A stretch of DNA of 63,640 nt, the filler included, from Choristocarpus tenellus KU-1152 (taxonomy: Eukaryota > Protista > Phaeophyceae): NCBI GenBank assembly GCA_964200185.2. It is 11 parts of 11 records of this genome, joined end to end, with 100 filler letters (N's around TTAATTAATTAA, not from the genome) between each part and the next. Parts side by side here need not be neighbours in the genome. Positions count along the whole stretch, not along the records: positions 60,408 to 63,640 come from CAXNAD020021359.1; 10 more parts are not named here. The stretch is one strand, 5' to 3'. The position numbers and the translations under genes are program-made. This document shows positions 62,146-63,640 of the stretch, one piece after another (within the stretch, counting starts at the first letter, position 1; every line of letters begins with the position of its first letter). The notes beneath the pieces were generated by a model that did no database searches, was not told the DNA's origin, and worked only from the letters and a program-made list of their open reading frames with translations.

Positions 62146-62216
62146 AATAATAATAACAATAATAATAATAACAATAATAATAACAGTAACAATAAAATAA
62201 TAACAATAATAATAAT
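62146..62216. repeat. (AAT/AAC)n microsatellite
   Basis: Imperfect aat/aac run. Confidence 0.9.
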
Positions 62217-63571
62217 GACAACATATACTGAGCATATATATATATATATATGTCTCTCTATCTATTGACACCGGCGATGACACCAATTATATTTTCAATT
62301 ATATTTAGGACAAAAAGCCTATTTCGAAGAAGTTGTTGTGCCGCTGGATCTGTGAATGTGAATGTGAATGTGAATGTGAACCCTAACCCTAATGTGAATA
62401 TCAGGGAACTAAACTTCGCCCTAGCCCTAAGAACCAACAGTGTGCCGATTTTTTAAGTCAAATGGTAGATCCCCGCCTATCAGATTTTTTCATAGATATT
62501 GGGGTATCATCGGATCCATTTGACATTAAAATGTATACACTACCAACATAAACACAAATACCAACGACAGTATATGTATATGTATATATATATATGCATT
62601 CAATCATTCACATCGTGATTGGTGTATCTCACAGTTACTCACAGTTACTCCTAACGATCTGCAAACCCCCTTCCTTGGATCATACACGTTTTCAATCCCC
62701 CCATAGATAAAAAAAAATAATGTCTTCTTGTGTTCCTACGAAGGCGGCGTATTATTTCTATTATTTTTTATATTTTTTGCTAGATTTTTTATTAATATTT
62801 GTGATCTTCCTTCCTCATACACCTGCACTTGTGTGTGTCTCTCTGTCTCTGTGTGTGTGTGTGTGTGTTTGTGTGTGTTTTGCAAACTTGACCGAGGGAA
62901 ATAAACCCATAGTCAAAAACTAAAAAAGCCATACCCAAAACTGGCAAACCCTCTTGAGAATAGGGAGAAACGCCTCTAGTTATTTCCGCCACAAACGCAG
63001 GTTAGTCCACATACCGTCATATACCTCTCTATAACTACCTTGTACTGCAGTGTGTTATGGTCACTCCCTCTCAGCCTCCGTCGCCCTGTCAAACTTGTGA
63101 AACAAGCAGGTCGGTGAGGGTATGGTGAGGCACTACAAGATGTTTCTCAACATCTTCAACCTTTTCCTCCACCAGACCAAGAACACGGGGGATGCCATAG
63201 ACTACAGTCAGAGGTAACAAGCACAGCAGTTGGGGGGGAGGAGGGGGGGGGGGGTACAACAACCTCATTGCCCAATACCGTTGCTTCAAAGCGTGTAGCT
63301 TGTGTTGGTCCTTTTCTAGTTGTTTGTTTTCAGGGTGTAAGAGAGAGACTTATCCGCCATCAACCTTGAATCCACCATCAACCTTGAACAATGATCCCCC
63401 CTTCTCTTCCAACTCATATTTAAAGCATTTCTGATGTAATTCAATGTAATTTGATGTAATTCGGGAAAGACAGTTGTTGGGATTTTTTGGTTTTTTATTA
63501 TTTCTTTTTTTCCCTCCCACTGCACAGGGTTCAAAACATAACGCCTTACTAAAACTTCAATATACACTTTT

Positions 63572-63640
63572 GACTCAAAGTATCTGGGGGGGGGGGGTGG
63601 GGGGGGGGGGGCTGTCTCTTTTGGGGCCCATTTTTCCTCG
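63572..63640 (+). mobile_element. MITE family B left part, truncated by the window end
   Basis: gactcaaagtatctggggggg...gctgtc...ggggcccatttttcc matches 2650-2712. Confidence 0.78.

Noticed and set aside
1-63640. tRNA, rRNA, giant-virus or prokaryotic operon-like content
   Set aside because: None recognisable by inspection; tRNAscan-SE, Infernal and viral HMM searches would be needed to exclude them formally

Overview
Eukaryotic, intron-rich and repeat-rich DNA. Lineage is an inference: TTAGGG telomeric motif, a flagellar LRRC9 gene and the TE types point to a stramenopile, most likely a brown-algal genome. The window is not one locus. It is 11 contigs joined by artificial 100-nt linkers (44 N + TTAATTAATTAA + 44 N). 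Recognisable genes are a 7-exon RPUSD2/RluA-family pseudouridine synthase (partial), lying head-to-head with a large low-complexity gene, and the C-terminal 7 exons of LRRC9. There are also exons of a TPR protein, an Ig-like/ASH-type repeat protein and two unidentified proteins. Mobile DNA is abundant. Two MITE families share GAG/GGG...CTC/CCC TIRs and 4-bp TSDs (Sola2-like). A plant-type (Stowaway-TIR) mariner sits in an LRRC9 intron with a MITE nested inside it, and there are copia and gypsy remnants. The most unusual structure is contig 25026-34500. It carries inverted copies of an orphan repeat-containing ORF, and both contig ends run into the same identical block, consistent with a 9.6-kb circle or a multi-copy array. 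Also notable are many short interstitial TTAGGG tracts, one of which visibly replaces MITE consensus sequence. I cannot establish a new biological system from sequence alone; candidates are ranked in the findings.
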